Assembly (NCBI GenBank): GCA_007695295.1
Contig: REEB01000196.1
Span: forward strand, 2,289-66,288
DNA: 64,000 bases
Reading direction: 5' to 3'
Source: Puniceicoccaceae bacterium
GTDB lineage: Bacteria > Verrucomicrobiota > Verrucomicrobiia > Opitutales > Opitutaceae
Positions 19,798 through 29,458 of this stretch are shown piece by piece (position 1 is the first letter of the stretch; each line of letters opens with the position of its first letter). Under the pieces are notes generated by a model. That model did not search any database. It was not told where the DNA came from and saw only the letters and a program-made list of their open reading frames with translations. The position numbers and the translations under genes are program-made.

Positions 19798-20859
19798 TCA
19801 CTGCCGGGCAGGGGGCCAGACCGGGGCGATGGCAAGCGGAGCGGTCGGCCGGTGGCGGTCGAGCCAGGCGGTGAAAGCGATCATGCCGGCGTTGTCGCCG
19901 GTGTGCCGGGGCAGGGCGGGCAGAAAGGCCACGCCGCGTTCGTCCGCAAGGGCGGCGAGGCGGTGGCGGAGGGAGCGGTTGTTCGCCACCCCGCCGGAAA
20001 GGCCGAGGCTGCGAAAGGGAAAGCGATCGAGCGCGAGCGCGACCTTGCGGGCGAGGGCCGCGACCACCGCTTCCTGGTAGGAGGCGCAGAGATCGGCGAG
20101 CCGGTCCCGGACGGCTTCCGGCGGCCAGTCCTGGATACGGTAGCGGAGGCTGGTTTTGAGGCCGGAAAAGCTGAAATTGAAGGTGTCGCGCCCGGGCAGC
20201 GCGCGCGGAAAATCGAAGGCGCGGGGATCCCCGTCCGCGGCCCTTTGCTCGATGAGCGGTCCGCCGGGATAACCGAGGCCGAGCAGCTTGGCCGCCTTGT
20301 CGAGGGCTTCGCCGCCGGCGTCGTCAATGGTCTCGCCGAGGAGGCGGAGGGAGAGGTCCGGGCGGATTTCGATGAGGAGGGTATTGCCGCCGGAGACGAT
20401 CAGGCCAAGGTGGGGCAGGTGGGAGGCGAGGGTGGATGCAAAGCCGGCGGGGTCGGCCTCATGAGCGGGGATGAAGACGGAGAAAGCGTGGGCGCGGAGA
20501 TGATTGACGGGATGGATGGGGCTTTGGAAGCGGAGGGCGAGCGCCCGGGCGGCGGCCAGGCCGAGGGCGAGGCAGGGGGCCAGACCGGGGCCGGTGGTGA
20601 CGGCGATGCCGCCGGGCTCGAGGCCGGGGTGGGCGGCCAGAACCTCGCGGAGCAGGAGCGGGAGGTTTTCGAGGTGTTCGCGGCTGGCGAGGTCGGGCAC
20701 GACCCCGCCGTAGGCCGCATGCAGTTTCACTTGGCTGCTGATCCACTCCCCGAGAAGACCGCGGGCAGGGTCAAAGAGGGCGAGGGCGGACTCGTCGCAG
20801 GAGGTTTCGATGCCGAGGAGCGGATCTCCGGCGGATGCGGCAGCCATGGGCCGGATCAA
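19798..20859 (-). CDS. tsaD: tRNA N6-adenosine threonylcarbamoyltransferase
   Basis: LGIETSCDESALALFD, NHLRAH metal-binding site, GLSGGVANN. 4-nt overlap with the upstream S41 protease gene. Confidence 0.95.
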   Translation of the reverse strand: MIRPMAAASAGDPLLGIETSCDESALALFDPARGLLGEWISSQVKLHAAYGGVVPDLASREHLENLPLLLREVLAAHPGLEPGGIAVTTGPGLAPCLALGLAAARALALRFQSPIHPVNHLRAHAFSVFIPAHEADPAGFASTLASHLPHLGLIVSGGNTLLIEIRPDLSLRLLGETIDDAGGEALDKAAKLLGLGYPGGPLIEQRAADGDPRAFDFPRALPGRDTFNFSFSGLKTSLRYRIQDWPPEAVRDRLADLCASYQEAVVAALARKVALALDRFPFRSLGLSGGVANNRSLRHRLAALADERGVAFLPALPRHTGDNAGMIAFTAWLDRHRPTAPLAIAPVWPPARQ

Positions 20860-22178
20860 TGCACGGGGGTGCGGATGGCGGCGTGATCCTCGCGCTCGCG
20901 GCCCTCGAGGGTGAAGAGCATGGCCTCGAGGGCGTCGATGGCGGCGAGCAACTGGCGGTCGGGGATGGGTTCGAAGCCGAAGTCCTGGACGAAGTCCACT
21001 TCCGACATGACCCCGAGACGGCTGTTCTGGATGAAGAGCTTGCGCTCCTCATCGAAGGACAGGGCCAGCTCGATATGGGGCGGGACCCCCTCGCCATCGA
21101 TGACGGCGCCGCCCGGGGTGTAGTAAAAGGCGGTCGTCAGGCGCAGGGCCTCGCCATTGCGCAGGGGCATGATGGTCTGGACGCTGCCTTTGCCGAATGT
21201 GCGCTCGCCGATGAGGACGGCGCGGTGGGTGTCGCGGAGGGCGCCGGCGACAATCTCGGCCGCGCTGGCGCTGCCGGAGTTGATGAGCACGGCGATGGGC
21301 AGGTCGCGGGCTTGAGCGCGGGAGCGGGCGACGATGTCCTTGCGGGAGGCGGGGTCGCGCCCCTGGGTGTAGACGATCTGCTCGCCGCGGCTGAAAAACG
21401 GCTCGGCGACGCCGATGGCGCTGTCGAGCAGACCGCCGGGATTGTTGCGGACATCGAGGATGAGGGCCTGCATGCCCTGGCTTTCGAGCGATTCGAGGGC
21501 GGCGAGAAACTCGTCCGGAGTTCGCTCGCCGAACTGAAGAATGCGGATGTAGCCGATGCGGTCGTCGAGCATGCGGGGATGGCGGACGTTTTCGACCTCG
21601 ATGACTTGGCGGACGATGGTGACGGAAAACGTCTCCTCAGTGGCGGGGCGGAAGATGGTGAGATCGACACGGGTGCGGGGTTTGCCGCGGAGCAGAGCGA
21701 TGCAATCGGACATGGAGAGACGCTCGGTGCTGCGATCGTCGACGCGGATGATTTTGTCGCCGCGGAGCAGGCCGGCCTTCTCGCCCGGCGTGCCGGGGAT
21801 GGGCGTGACGACGGTGAGGATGCGCTCGCGCATCTCAACTTGGACGCCGATGCCGCCGAACTTCTGGCTGGTTTCTTCGCGCAGGGTCTCGAACTTGCGC
21901 CGGGAGAGGTATTCGGAGTGGGGATCGAGCGAGGAAATCATGCCATCGAGGGCGGACTCGGTGAGGGAGTCGTAGCCGCTCGGGATCGGCTCCACATAGT
22001 GATCATGGATGAGCCGCATGACATCGCGGACCTGATCGGCCTTGCGGGCCGCCTCCTGATTGCCGATGAAGCCGCGGGCCTGGAGGGTCCGGACGCCGAG
22101 GACGGCGAACTGGCCCACCACAAAGGAGAGCACGGCAACCAGCAGAAGGCGTTTGATCATCATGGGGAGTTTGACCAA
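20856..22178 (-). CDS. Carboxyl-terminal processing (S41) protease with PDZ domain
   Basis: N-terminal anchor. PDZ segment GGIGVQVEMRERILTVVTPIPGTPGEKAGLLRGDKI. Catalytic region LINSGSASAAEIVAGALRD and ERTFGKGSVQ. Confidence 0.9.
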   Translation of the reverse strand: MVKLPMMIKRLLLVAVLSFVVGQFAVLGVRTLQARGFIGNQEAARKADQVRDVMRLIHDHYVEPIPSGYDSLTESALDGMISSLDPHSEYLSRRKFETLREETSQKFGGIGVQVEMRERILTVVTPIPGTPGEKAGLLRGDKIIRVDDRSTERLSMSDCIALLRGKPRTRVDLTIFRPATEETFSVTIVRQVIEVENVRHPRMLDDRIGYIRILQFGERTPDEFLAALESLESQGMQALILDVRNNPGGLLDSAIGVAEPFFSRGEQIVYTQGRDPASRKDIVARSRAQARDLPIAVLINSGSASAAEIVAGALRDTHRAVLIGERTFGKGSVQTIMPLRNGEALRLTTAFYYTPGGAVIDGEGVPPHIELALSFDEERKLFIQNSRLGVMSEVDFVQDFGFEPIPDRQLLAAIDALEAMLFTLEGREREDHAAIRTPVH

Positions 22179-22194
22179 ATCGGTGGTTTTGTAA

Positions 22195-23196
22195 ATGGCG
22201 AGGATGGATTCAACACCGGAAGCCCGGTTTGGTCGGGCCTATCGGGCGGCGCTGGCCGGGCGGGCGGCGCTGCCGTGGGCGGAGTTCATGGAGCTGGCCC
22301 TGTATGGTGCGGGAGTCGGGTATTACCGGGCCGACCGCCGGCGGGTGGGGCGGGAGCGGGGCACGGATTTTTTCACCGCGGTATCTTTGAAAAAAGTTTT
22401 CCGGCCCCTGCTGGAGGAGGCTGTCAAAGGGATGTTGCGGGGCGTGGCGCCCGGCGAGGTGGCCTGGGTGGAGGCGGGGGCGGAGCCGGAAGGAGGGATC
22501 TACCGTGAGGGTGAAGGGCCCTGGCGGGAGGTGCACCTGCTGCAGCGCGGGGAGGCGCCCCCCGCGGAGGAGCGGCCGCTGGTGTTGTTTGCCAACGAAG
22601 TTCTCGACGCCCAGCCGTTTCACCGTCTCGTGCGCCGGGGTGGGCGATGGGTGGAGCTGGGGGTGGGGGCCAATGAAGCCGGGTATGCCTGGGTGGAGCT
22701 GGACGACTGGACTCCGCCGGTGGCGGCGATGGAGAACCGGCTGCCCGGCACTGCCCCCGAAGCCTACGTGCTCGACCTGCCCCTCGGGGCGGAAGCATTG
22801 GTGCGGACCTGGTTGCGGGAGGATTGGCGGGGGCTGGTGGTGTGGTTCGACTATGGCCTTAATTGGTCCGTGTTGGCGGAGGACCGTCCGGAAGGGACCG
22901 GGCGGGCCTATCGCGGGCACCGTCTGGAGAGCGATCTGCTGGCCGCGCCCGGGGAGCAGGACCTGACCTGCCAGGTCTGTTGGGACTGGATCCGGGAGGT
23001 GCTGGCGGCGGGCGGCTTTGTCGATGCGACGCTCGAATCGCAGGAAGGCTTTTTTGTCCGGCGGGCGCTGCCCGCGATCGCGGGGTTGGTGGAGGCGGCG
23101 GGGCCGCTGGCGCCGGAGCGGCGGCAATTGCAGGAATTGCTCCATCCGGGGGGGATGGGGCAGAAGTTTCAGGTGCTGACGGGGTGGCGGGGGTGA
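22195..23196 (+). CDS. MidA/NDUFAF7-like (DUF185) SAM-dependent methyltransferase
   Basis: FMELALYGAGVGYY...GTDFFTAVS and LVLFANEVLDAQPFHRLV are typical of DUF185. The start could instead be the ATG 9 nt downstream. Confidence 0.7.
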   Translation: MARMDSTPEARFGRAYRAALAGRAALPWAEFMELALYGAGVGYYRADRRRVGRERGTDFFTAVSLKKVFRPLLEEAVKGMLRGVAPGEVAWVEAGAEPEGGIYREGEGPWREVHLLQRGEAPPAEERPLVLFANEVLDAQPFHRLVRRGGRWVELGVGANEAGYAWVELDDWTPPVAAMENRLPGTAPEAYVLDLPLGAEALVRTWLREDWRGLVVWFDYGLNWSVLAEDRPEGTGRAYRGHRLESDLLAAPGEQDLTCQVCWDWIREVLAAGGFVDATLESQEGFFVRRALPAIAGLVEAAGPLAPERRQLQELLHPGGMGQKFQVLTGWRG

Positions 23197-23207
23197 GGGT
23201 GAGTTTC

Positions 23208-23287
23208 GCCCTTACAGGGCTCTGTATCAAATAGTGCGATACACCCGGGACGTTGCCCCGGGCTGGCTTATTTCGCCCCGTTGGGGC
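23208..23287. repeat. Three-hairpin GC-rich element, left copy
   Basis: Hairpins GCCC-TTACA-GGGC (23208-23220), CCCGGG-ACGTTGC-CCCGGG (23244-23262) and GCCCC-GTT-GGGGC (23275-23287). Start-to-start offsets are 36 and 31 nt. Confidence 0.7.
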
Positions 23288-23396
23288 TGTGGATGGCGGG
23301 GGAGGAGTGCCGCTGAGATTGAGCGCCGTCTCGTTCCAGCGTGCCCTTGAACATTCCGCTCAAGGCTTTGCCGAAGGACGTCTTCGACCAAAAGGC

Positions 23397-24326
23397 TTAG
23401 CCGGCCCCTCCGCCCGCGATCATGCCCGACCCCGCCTCGTCACCTCGGCGATTACGTCTACCAGTCTCGGCCCGCCAGCGCGGGACAGTTTTCGAATGGC
23501 GCATGCCCATTGGCCGGTGCCGGACCGTAGCTGACGTCGTGAGACGGCAGGTGTCCAGCCCCCAGGTGAAGGTCCGCAGGGGAGGTGCGGTCAGGTTCAG
23601 TCCGTCGAGTTCCGCGATCACGTGCCAGCCATTGTAGATGAAACGCCGGTCCAAAAGCAAGGGGCTGTCGGCATTGGGATCGTTGCGCACGCGCAGACGA
23701 ACCATCCGCCCCATGTAATCATAGGTGTATTCGATGCGGCGGGTGCCGTTCTTGAGGCGCTGGGTGCGCAGGCGGTTTTGCGAAAAGGCCCGCCCAAAGG
23801 GCACCCGGCCCTTTCCGCCCTTCGGGCGCGTTGCGCCTGCGGACAACGCACCATCTCCGCGCTGCCGGGCTGCGTCCCCGTCGTAGGTGTAGAGCCACTG
23901 ATTGTCCTCGGTGAGGTTGCCGTCCGCGTCGTATTGCGGCGAATCCACGATCAGCCCGGTGATGGAAGTGTACTGGTTGAGCGCGTTGGCCGTGTAGGCC
24001 GCGCTGCCCCCGTGCCGGTACTCGATCGAGCGGTTCTGGGCGTTGTCGTAGGTCCACTGCCGGAAGCGGTTGGTCAACTCCGCGTCCTCGCCCCCGCCGG
24101 CGGTCAGGGGGTAAACCCGCGTCCAGTCCATCTCCCCGCGTTTGTTGTGCAGGAACTTCTTGCGCAGACCATGGGTGTGGTCCGGATTCATATCGATCTG
24201 AGGTTTGGACATTCGCAAAAGCGCCGAAGGTGCGATCTTGTACAGCCCAGGCAACACCCTGGTTATCAGTGAATGACAACATCTGCCCTGAAGGGGCAAA
24301 ATCCGTCTCCGCGTAAACAAATCCAT
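23397..24326 (-). pseudogene. Orphan RHS/YD-repeat fragment (no N-terminal region, no intact core or toxin tip)
   Basis: YD-type repeats: YTANALNQYTSI, YDADGNLTEDNQWLYTYDGD, RIEYTYDYMGRMVRL, RRFIYNGWHVIAELD, RTFTWGLD. After WGLD the usual LSG..GAGGVGGLL continuation is lost. A plausible ATG lies at 24212 (MSKPQIDM...). Confidence 0.65.
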
Positions 24327-24327
24327 C

Positions 24328-24409
24328 GCGCCCCTTCAGGGCGCATTGTATAAACTGTTGAAACCCAGCCCATTGGGCTGGGCTATGGAATCGAAGCACC
24401 TTTGGTGCT
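24328..24409. repeat. Three-hairpin GC-rich element, right copy
   Basis: Hairpins GCGCCC-CTTCA-GGGCGC (24328-24344), CCCAGCCC-ATT-GGGCTGGG (24364-24382) and AGCACC-TTT-GGTGCT (24395-24409). The 36/31-nt offsets match the left copy. An extra hairpin TGCCC-TGAAG-GGGCA lies at 24284-24298. Confidence 0.7.
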
Positions 24410-24503
24410 GAGTAATTCAGCAAATCGGACGATCCGTGTGTCCGGACCGCATCGGGTTGTGTAATAAATTAGGGGCAATGTCTTTGTGCCCCAAATGGGC
24501 CGC

Positions 24504-25355
24504 TCAGCCCGCGAGGGCGACGGCGGAGCGGGTGGCCGTGGCGGTCCGCCGGAGGCTGTCTTCGGGCGGGAGAGCGTTGAGCTCGCTGTCGAAGGGCTCG
24601 GCGGTGACCGGGCCGTCATAGCCGGTGGCGTGGACGGCCCGAATGAAGGCGGCCAAGTCGATGACGCCGGTGGTCAGCGGCAGGCGGCGCTGGTTGTCGA
24701 TGAGGGCCTCGCGGTCCAAGCCGGCGGGGGCGTCGTTGACGTGGATGTGGACGAGGTTGTCCTGCGTGAGTGCCTTCAGGTCGGCGGGATCGCCCCCGGA
24801 GCAGTGCCAGTGCCAGGAGTCGAAGAGGAGGCCGACATTGGGACCGATGGCGCGGGCCAATTCGAGGGTGGGGGACAAGGAATGGATGAAAGGATGGGCG
24901 AAGCGCCGGAGGCTGGTGAGGGGACCGACAAACTCGAGGCCGAGGCGGATGCCGTGATCGGCGAGGAGCTTTGCCACCGGCTGGAAGCGCTCGACGTGAA
25001 AGGCGAAGTTGTCGTCGTAGGTCCGGTCATTGCTGCCGGGGAGGATCCACATGCCGGCGCGGTGGGCGCCGACCGCCGCGGCGCTGGCGAGCAGGGGCGG
25101 CAATTTCCGGAGCCAGTCCTGGTGCTCTTCCGCGGAGACGCGGTAGGGCATGTAGGGAAGATTCCAGCAGCCTGGGCGCAGGCCGTGGTCGACGAAGCGC
25201 TGCCGCACGGTGGCGGCGCCTTCGCGGGTCACGGCCTCATGGAGGGGCTGGAGCTGTGCGTCGAAGCCGGCGAAGCCGTGGGTTTCGGCGAGGGCGAGGC
25301 CCTCGGGAAAGCCGGCTTTGACGCCGATATGGCCGGGGTTGAGGGAGGCGAACAT
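24504..25355 (-). CDS. Sugar phosphate isomerase/epimerase (xylose-isomerase-like TIM barrel)
   Basis: 283 aa, MFASLNPGHIGV...GFAGFD...; HIHVNDAP..; overall resemblance to the AP-endonuclease-2 / TIM-barrel family. Confidence 0.75.
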   Translation of the reverse strand: MFASLNPGHIGVKAGFPEGLALAETHGFAGFDAQLQPLHEAVTREGAATVRQRFVDHGLRPGCWNLPYMPYRVSAEEHQDWLRKLPPLLASAAAVGAHRAGMWILPGSNDRTYDDNFAFHVERFQPVAKLLADHGIRLGLEFVGPLTSLRRFAHPFIHSLSPTLELARAIGPNVGLLFDSWHWHCSGGDPADLKALTQDNLVHIHVNDAPAGLDREALIDNQRRLPLTTGVIDLAAFIRAVHATGYDGPVTAEPFDSELNALPPEDSLRRTATATRSAVALAG

Positions 25356-25365
25356 GGTGGTGGTC

Positions 25366-26442
25366 TCAGTTTTCGAGTTTCAGCTCTCCGGACTCGACCA
25401 TGGAAAGCAGCGCACAGGGGCCGGGGGGCAGGGGGAGGTCGACACGCGCGCGTCGCCGGGAAGATTCATGGGTGGCGAAAATGATCTCAGTGGTGCGGAG
25501 GGCGTTTTCGCTGTCGAGCAAAGGGCGGCCTCCGGAATCGAGGGCTTGGATGAGATCGGCGATGGCGCGGTAGATGGCCTTGTCGTCGTGGATGGATTCG
25601 CCGGTGTCGACGGTTTCCCACGCGGCGCTGCCGGTGCGCCGGAGACGCAGCCAGGGGGACTGGGGCAGGATCTCAATCTCGCCGGATTCACCGGAGAGGC
25701 GGACGAGGAAGCCGAAGTCGCCGGAGTCGGGGCCGAAGTGGTAGACGGCGCGGACGCCGTTTTTGAAGCGGAAGGAGGAGATGCCGTGGCCGGCGTTGAG
25801 GGCGCCGAAGACCTTTCTCGATCCGCGGATGTCGATCTGCCCAAGCACCCACTCGGCGGGTTCGTCGCGGTTGAAGAAAAACATCATGTCGAGCGCGTGG
25901 GTGCCGGAGTCGGCGAGATTGTGCCAGGCACCCTCCATGCGGCGGAGGGCGCCGATGGCTCCCTCATCGAGCAGGGCCTTGGCCTTGGCGAGGGGGAGGT
26001 TGAAGCGCCTCTGGTGGTTGATCGCGAGGATGACGCCATGCTCCCGGCAGGTTTCGTGCATGCGCAGGGAGCCGTCCCAGTGGATGTCCATGGGTTTTTC
26101 GCAGAAGATGGCCCGGGGTTTGAACGGGGCGGCGCCGCAGACGACCTCGGCGTGGAGGTGGGGCCAGAGGCAGACGCTGACGATGTCGGGCCGGACTTGC
26201 TCCATCATCTCGCGGTAGTCAGAAAAAAGGGCCGCGTCCGGCTGGTGTTCCTTGACGAAAGCCTCGGCGTTTTCGCGGCTGAGGTCGGCGACGGCGGCGA
26301 GGCGGCAGCGGCCGGACTGTTGGTAGCCGGCCATGTGCCGGTGGGCCATGCCGAAGCCGGTGGAGCCTTCGGTGCGGAGGGGGCGGCCGCAGCCGATGAC
26401 GGCCACGGTGAGTTCGGATGATGGGGTGCTCATGGGTGCCAT
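25366..26442 (-). CDS. Gfo/Idh/MocA family oxidoreductase
   Basis: N-terminal Rossmann segment LTVAVIGCGRP...GMAHRHMAGY...LAAVADL and the conserved ...FCEKPM... motif. Sits 10 nt upstream of the isomerase gene on the same strand. Confidence 0.85.
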   Translation of the reverse strand: MAPMSTPSSELTVAVIGCGRPLRTEGSTGFGMAHRHMAGYQQSGRCRLAAVADLSRENAEAFVKEHQPDAALFSDYREMMEQVRPDIVSVCLWPHLHAEVVCGAAPFKPRAIFCEKPMDIHWDGSLRMHETCREHGVILAINHQRRFNLPLAKAKALLDEGAIGALRRMEGAWHNLADSGTHALDMMFFFNRDEPAEWVLGQIDIRGSRKVFGALNAGHGISSFRFKNGVRAVYHFGPDSGDFGFLVRLSGESGEIEILPQSPWLRLRRTGSAAWETVDTGESIHDDKAIYRAIADLIQALDSGGRPLLDSENALRTTEIIFATHESSRRRARVDLPLPPGPCALLSMVESGELKLEN

Positions 26443-26494
26443 CCAGTCAGGCGGTGGATTTCGAATCGAGTGAAAACGGCCGGCGGCCTTCGGA

Positions 26495-29413
26495 TCAACT
26501 GCAGCCGAGGGAGGTGCCGCAGTTCATGCAGGTGCCGCAGGTGCCGGTTACGGTGACCTTGGTGCTGCCGCACTCGGGGCAGACGAGGTTGCCGGTGGAG
26601 CGGGTCAGCAGCTCGAGCTGGCGGTCGTCGACGAGCGGAGCGGGATCCGCTTCGGGGGCGGATTCGATTTCGGAAGCGGATCCGGTCGCGGCGGCCTCGC
26701 GGGCGGCGGGCGAGCACCTCTCCCGGTAGCCGGGGATAAACGTCATCCCGAGCCAGCGTGCCAGGTAGTCGATGACGCTCTTGGCCATGGGGATGTCCTT
26801 GTTGCCGGTGAAGCCCTCGGGCTCGAAGCGGACGTGGGTGAACTTGCGCACGAGGGTGTCCAGCGGCACGCCGTATTGGAGGCACAAGGACAGAAGAGTG
26901 CCGAGGGTGTCCATGAGGCCGTTGACGGTGCTGCCGGCCTTGGCCATCTGGATGAAGACCTCGCCGGGGGCGCCGTCCTCGAATTTGCCGACCGTGAAAT
27001 AACCCTCGGAGCCGGCGATGGTGAACTTGTGGGTCACGGACGGGCGTGTATCCGGAAGTTTGCGACGGTAGGGCTCGGTCACGATCTGCACCTGGGGTTG
27101 GGCCGTGGCGTCGACCTGCTTTTTGCGGGTGGAGACGGGGGCACAGCGCTTGGAGCCGTCGCGGTAGACGGCGACGCCCTTGATGCCGAGGCGCCAGGCC
27201 GCGAGGTAGGTCTGGCGGATGTCCTCCACGGTGGCGGACTCGGGGAGATTGACGGTTTTGGAGATGCCGCCGGAGAGAAACGGCTGGACGGCGGCCATCA
27301 TCCGGAGGTGTGCCTCCGGGGAGAGCACGCGGGTGCCGAGACCGCTGCGGAAGGCGGTGTCGAAGACGGGGAGGTGCTCCGGTTTGAGGCCGGGCGCGCC
27401 GGCCTCTCCGGCGGTGACCGGCTCGAGGGTGCCGTGGGTTTCGATGCGGCCGGTGAGGGCTTTGATCTGATCGGGGCTGTAGCCGAGGCGCTTGAGGGCC
27501 ATGGGCACGGTGCGGATCGGGAGGGTGAGGCTGCCGCCGCCGGCGAGCTGCTTGTAGGCGACGAGGCCGATGGCCGGCTCGATGCCAGTGGTGTCGCAGT
27601 CCATGAGAAATCCGATCGTGCCGGTGGGGGCGAGCACAGTGACCTGGGCGTTGCGGTAGCCGTGGGTGCGGCCAAGGGCGAGGCTTTCGTCCCAGAGGCG
27701 GCCCGCGGTTTTGGCGAGGCCGCGGGGGCAGTGTCGGTCGAGGTTGTGGAGGTGGCTGCGGTGGCGCTCCATGACCTCGAGCATGGAGGATCGGTTGTCC
27801 TTCTGCGGAGGTGTATCCACTCCCCCATGACGTGCGTCGAGGTAGCCGGGAAACGGGCCGCGGAGCGCGGCGAGCTCGGCTGAGGTGCGGTAGGCGGCCC
27901 CGGTCATGACCGCGGTGATGCCGGCGGCCAGGCCGCGGCCTTCGTCGGAGTCATAGGGGAGGCCGTGGCTCATGAGGAGGGCGCCGAGGTTGGCGTAGCC
28001 GAGGCCGAGGGTGCGGAACCAGTGGGAGTTGTGGGCGATTGCTTCGGTCGGGTAGGAGGAGCGGTCGACGATGATCTCCTGAGCAATGATGAAGAGGCGG
28101 CAGGCGGCGGCGAAGCGGTCGTGGTCGAAGCCGTCGGCGGTGCGGAACTTCATCAGGTTGAGGCTGGCGAGGTTGCAGGCGGTGTTGTCGAGGAAGAGGT
28201 ATTCGCTGCAGGGGTTGGTGCAATTCTGCCGCCCGGAGCCTTTGCAGGTGTGCCAGGCGTGGATGGTGTCGTCGAACTGCATCCCGGGATCGCCGCAGAG
28301 GTGGGCGCCTTCGGCGATCAGGCGGAGCAGACGGTCGGCGGATTTTTTCTCACAGGGCCGGCCGTCGGTGACGCGGCGCGTCCACCACTCACTCCGGTTT
28401 TGAGCCGCCTCCATGAAGGCATCGGAGGCGCGCACGGAGAGGTTTTCATTCTGAAAGCGGATGGAGGCGTAGGCCTCCCCGTTGATGCCGGGATCGAAGC
28501 CCTGTTCGATGAGGGCCCAGGCCTTCAATTCCTCGTTTTTCTTGGCTTCGATGAACTCCTCGATGTCGGGGTGTTCGGCGCGGAGGGTGTTCATCTTGGC
28601 GGCCCGGCGGGTCTTGCCGCCGCTTTTGACGACCCCGGCGACGGCGTCGTAGACGGCGAGAAAGCTGAGCGGACCGCTGGGCCGCCCGCCGCCGGAGAGC
28701 TTTTCCCGGGTCGAGCGGATGGTGGAAAGATCGGTGCCGCTGCCGCTGCCGAACTTGAAGAGCATGGCCTCGGCGCGGGCGAGGTCCATGATCGACTCCA
28801 TGTTGTCGTCAACGTGCTGGATGAAGCAGGCCGAGCACTGGGGGTATTCGTATTGGTTGAGGGCGCGCATCACGACCTCGTGTTCCCGGTCCCAGTAGAA
28901 ATTGCCTTTTCCGGAGTCCTTGCCGGCGCCGTAGGCTTGGTAGAGCCCGAGGTTGAACCAGACCGGGGAGTTGAAGGCGCCGTATTGGTTGAGGCAGAGC
29001 CAGGTCAACTCTTCGCGAAAGAGATCGGCTTGGGCGCGGTCGGCGAAGTAGCCGTCGGCCAGGCCCCAGTCGGCAAGCGTGCCGATGACGCGGTCGAGGA
29101 GCTGGCGCAGGGAATGCTCCCGGCCGCCGGCAGACGGGTTGGCGCCCTGCTCCGGGTCGCCGTAGAAGTACTTCGAGGCGAGGATCTTGGTGGCGAGGTC
29201 GGAGATGCCGGCCGGCACCTCCAGTCCCTCTTGGCGGAAGAGGCCGCGTCCTTTTTCATCGGTGATCTCCGCTTCTCGGAAGGTCCATTCGACCTCGTCG
29301 TACGGGTGGCAATCGGCGCGGCTGAAGACGCGCTCGAGGTGGAGGGCAGCGCTCGCGGTTGAGTTCTGGGTGGAAGCGGGGTTCGAAGAGGGGGTGGGCT
29401 GGGGGTTGTTCAT
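26495..29413 (-). CDS. nrdJ: Adenosylcobalamin-dependent (class II) ribonucleotide reductase
   Basis: 972 aa. NPCSEYLFLDNTACNLASLNL active-site region, RRAAKMNTL, and the C-terminal Cys-rich tail CPECGSTKVTVTGTCGTCMNCG typical of NrdJ. Confidence 0.95.
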   Translation of the reverse strand: MNNPQPTPSSNPASTQNSTASAALHLERVFSRADCHPYDEVEWTFREAEITDEKGRGLFRQEGLEVPAGISDLATKILASKYFYGDPEQGANPSAGGREHSLRQLLDRVIGTLADWGLADGYFADRAQADLFREELTWLCLNQYGAFNSPVWFNLGLYQAYGAGKDSGKGNFYWDREHEVVMRALNQYEYPQCSACFIQHVDDNMESIMDLARAEAMLFKFGSGSGTDLSTIRSTREKLSGGGRPSGPLSFLAVYDAVAGVVKSGGKTRRAAKMNTLRAEHPDIEEFIEAKKNEELKAWALIEQGFDPGINGEAYASIRFQNENLSVRASDAFMEAAQNRSEWWTRRVTDGRPCEKKSADRLLRLIAEGAHLCGDPGMQFDDTIHAWHTCKGSGRQNCTNPCSEYLFLDNTACNLASLNLMKFRTADGFDHDRFAAACRLFIIAQEIIVDRSSYPTEAIAHNSHWFRTLGLGYANLGALLMSHGLPYDSDEGRGLAAGITAVMTGAAYRTSAELAALRGPFPGYLDARHGGVDTPPQKDNRSSMLEVMERHRSHLHNLDRHCPRGLAKTAGRLWDESLALGRTHGYRNAQVTVLAPTGTIGFLMDCDTTGIEPAIGLVAYKQLAGGGSLTLPIRTVPMALKRLGYSPDQIKALTGRIETHGTLEPVTAGEAGAPGLKPEHLPVFDTAFRSGLGTRVLSPEAHLRMMAAVQPFLSGGISKTVNLPESATVEDIRQTYLAAWRLGIKGVAVYRDGSKRCAPVSTRKKQVDATAQPQVQIVTEPYRRKLPDTRPSVTHKFTIAGSEGYFTVGKFEDGAPGEVFIQMAKAGSTVNGLMDTLGTLLSLCLQYGVPLDTLVRKFTHVRFEPEGFTGNKDIPMAKSVIDYLARWLGMTFIPGYRERCSPAAREAAATGSASEIESAPEADPAPLVDDRQLELLTRSTGNLVCPECGSTKVTVTGTCGTCMNCGTSLGCS

Positions 29414-29458
29414 GGCGATGGCAGGCGAAGGGACGTTGGCGGAAAAGCTCGGGATTAT

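Noticed and set aside
23208-24409. Integron attC sites / gene cassette interpretation of the hairpin elements flanking the RHS fragment.
   Set aside because: There is no GTTRRRY / RYYYAAC core-site pair at the element ends and no integrase nearby. Each element has three independent short hairpins rather than one long imperfect bulged stem.
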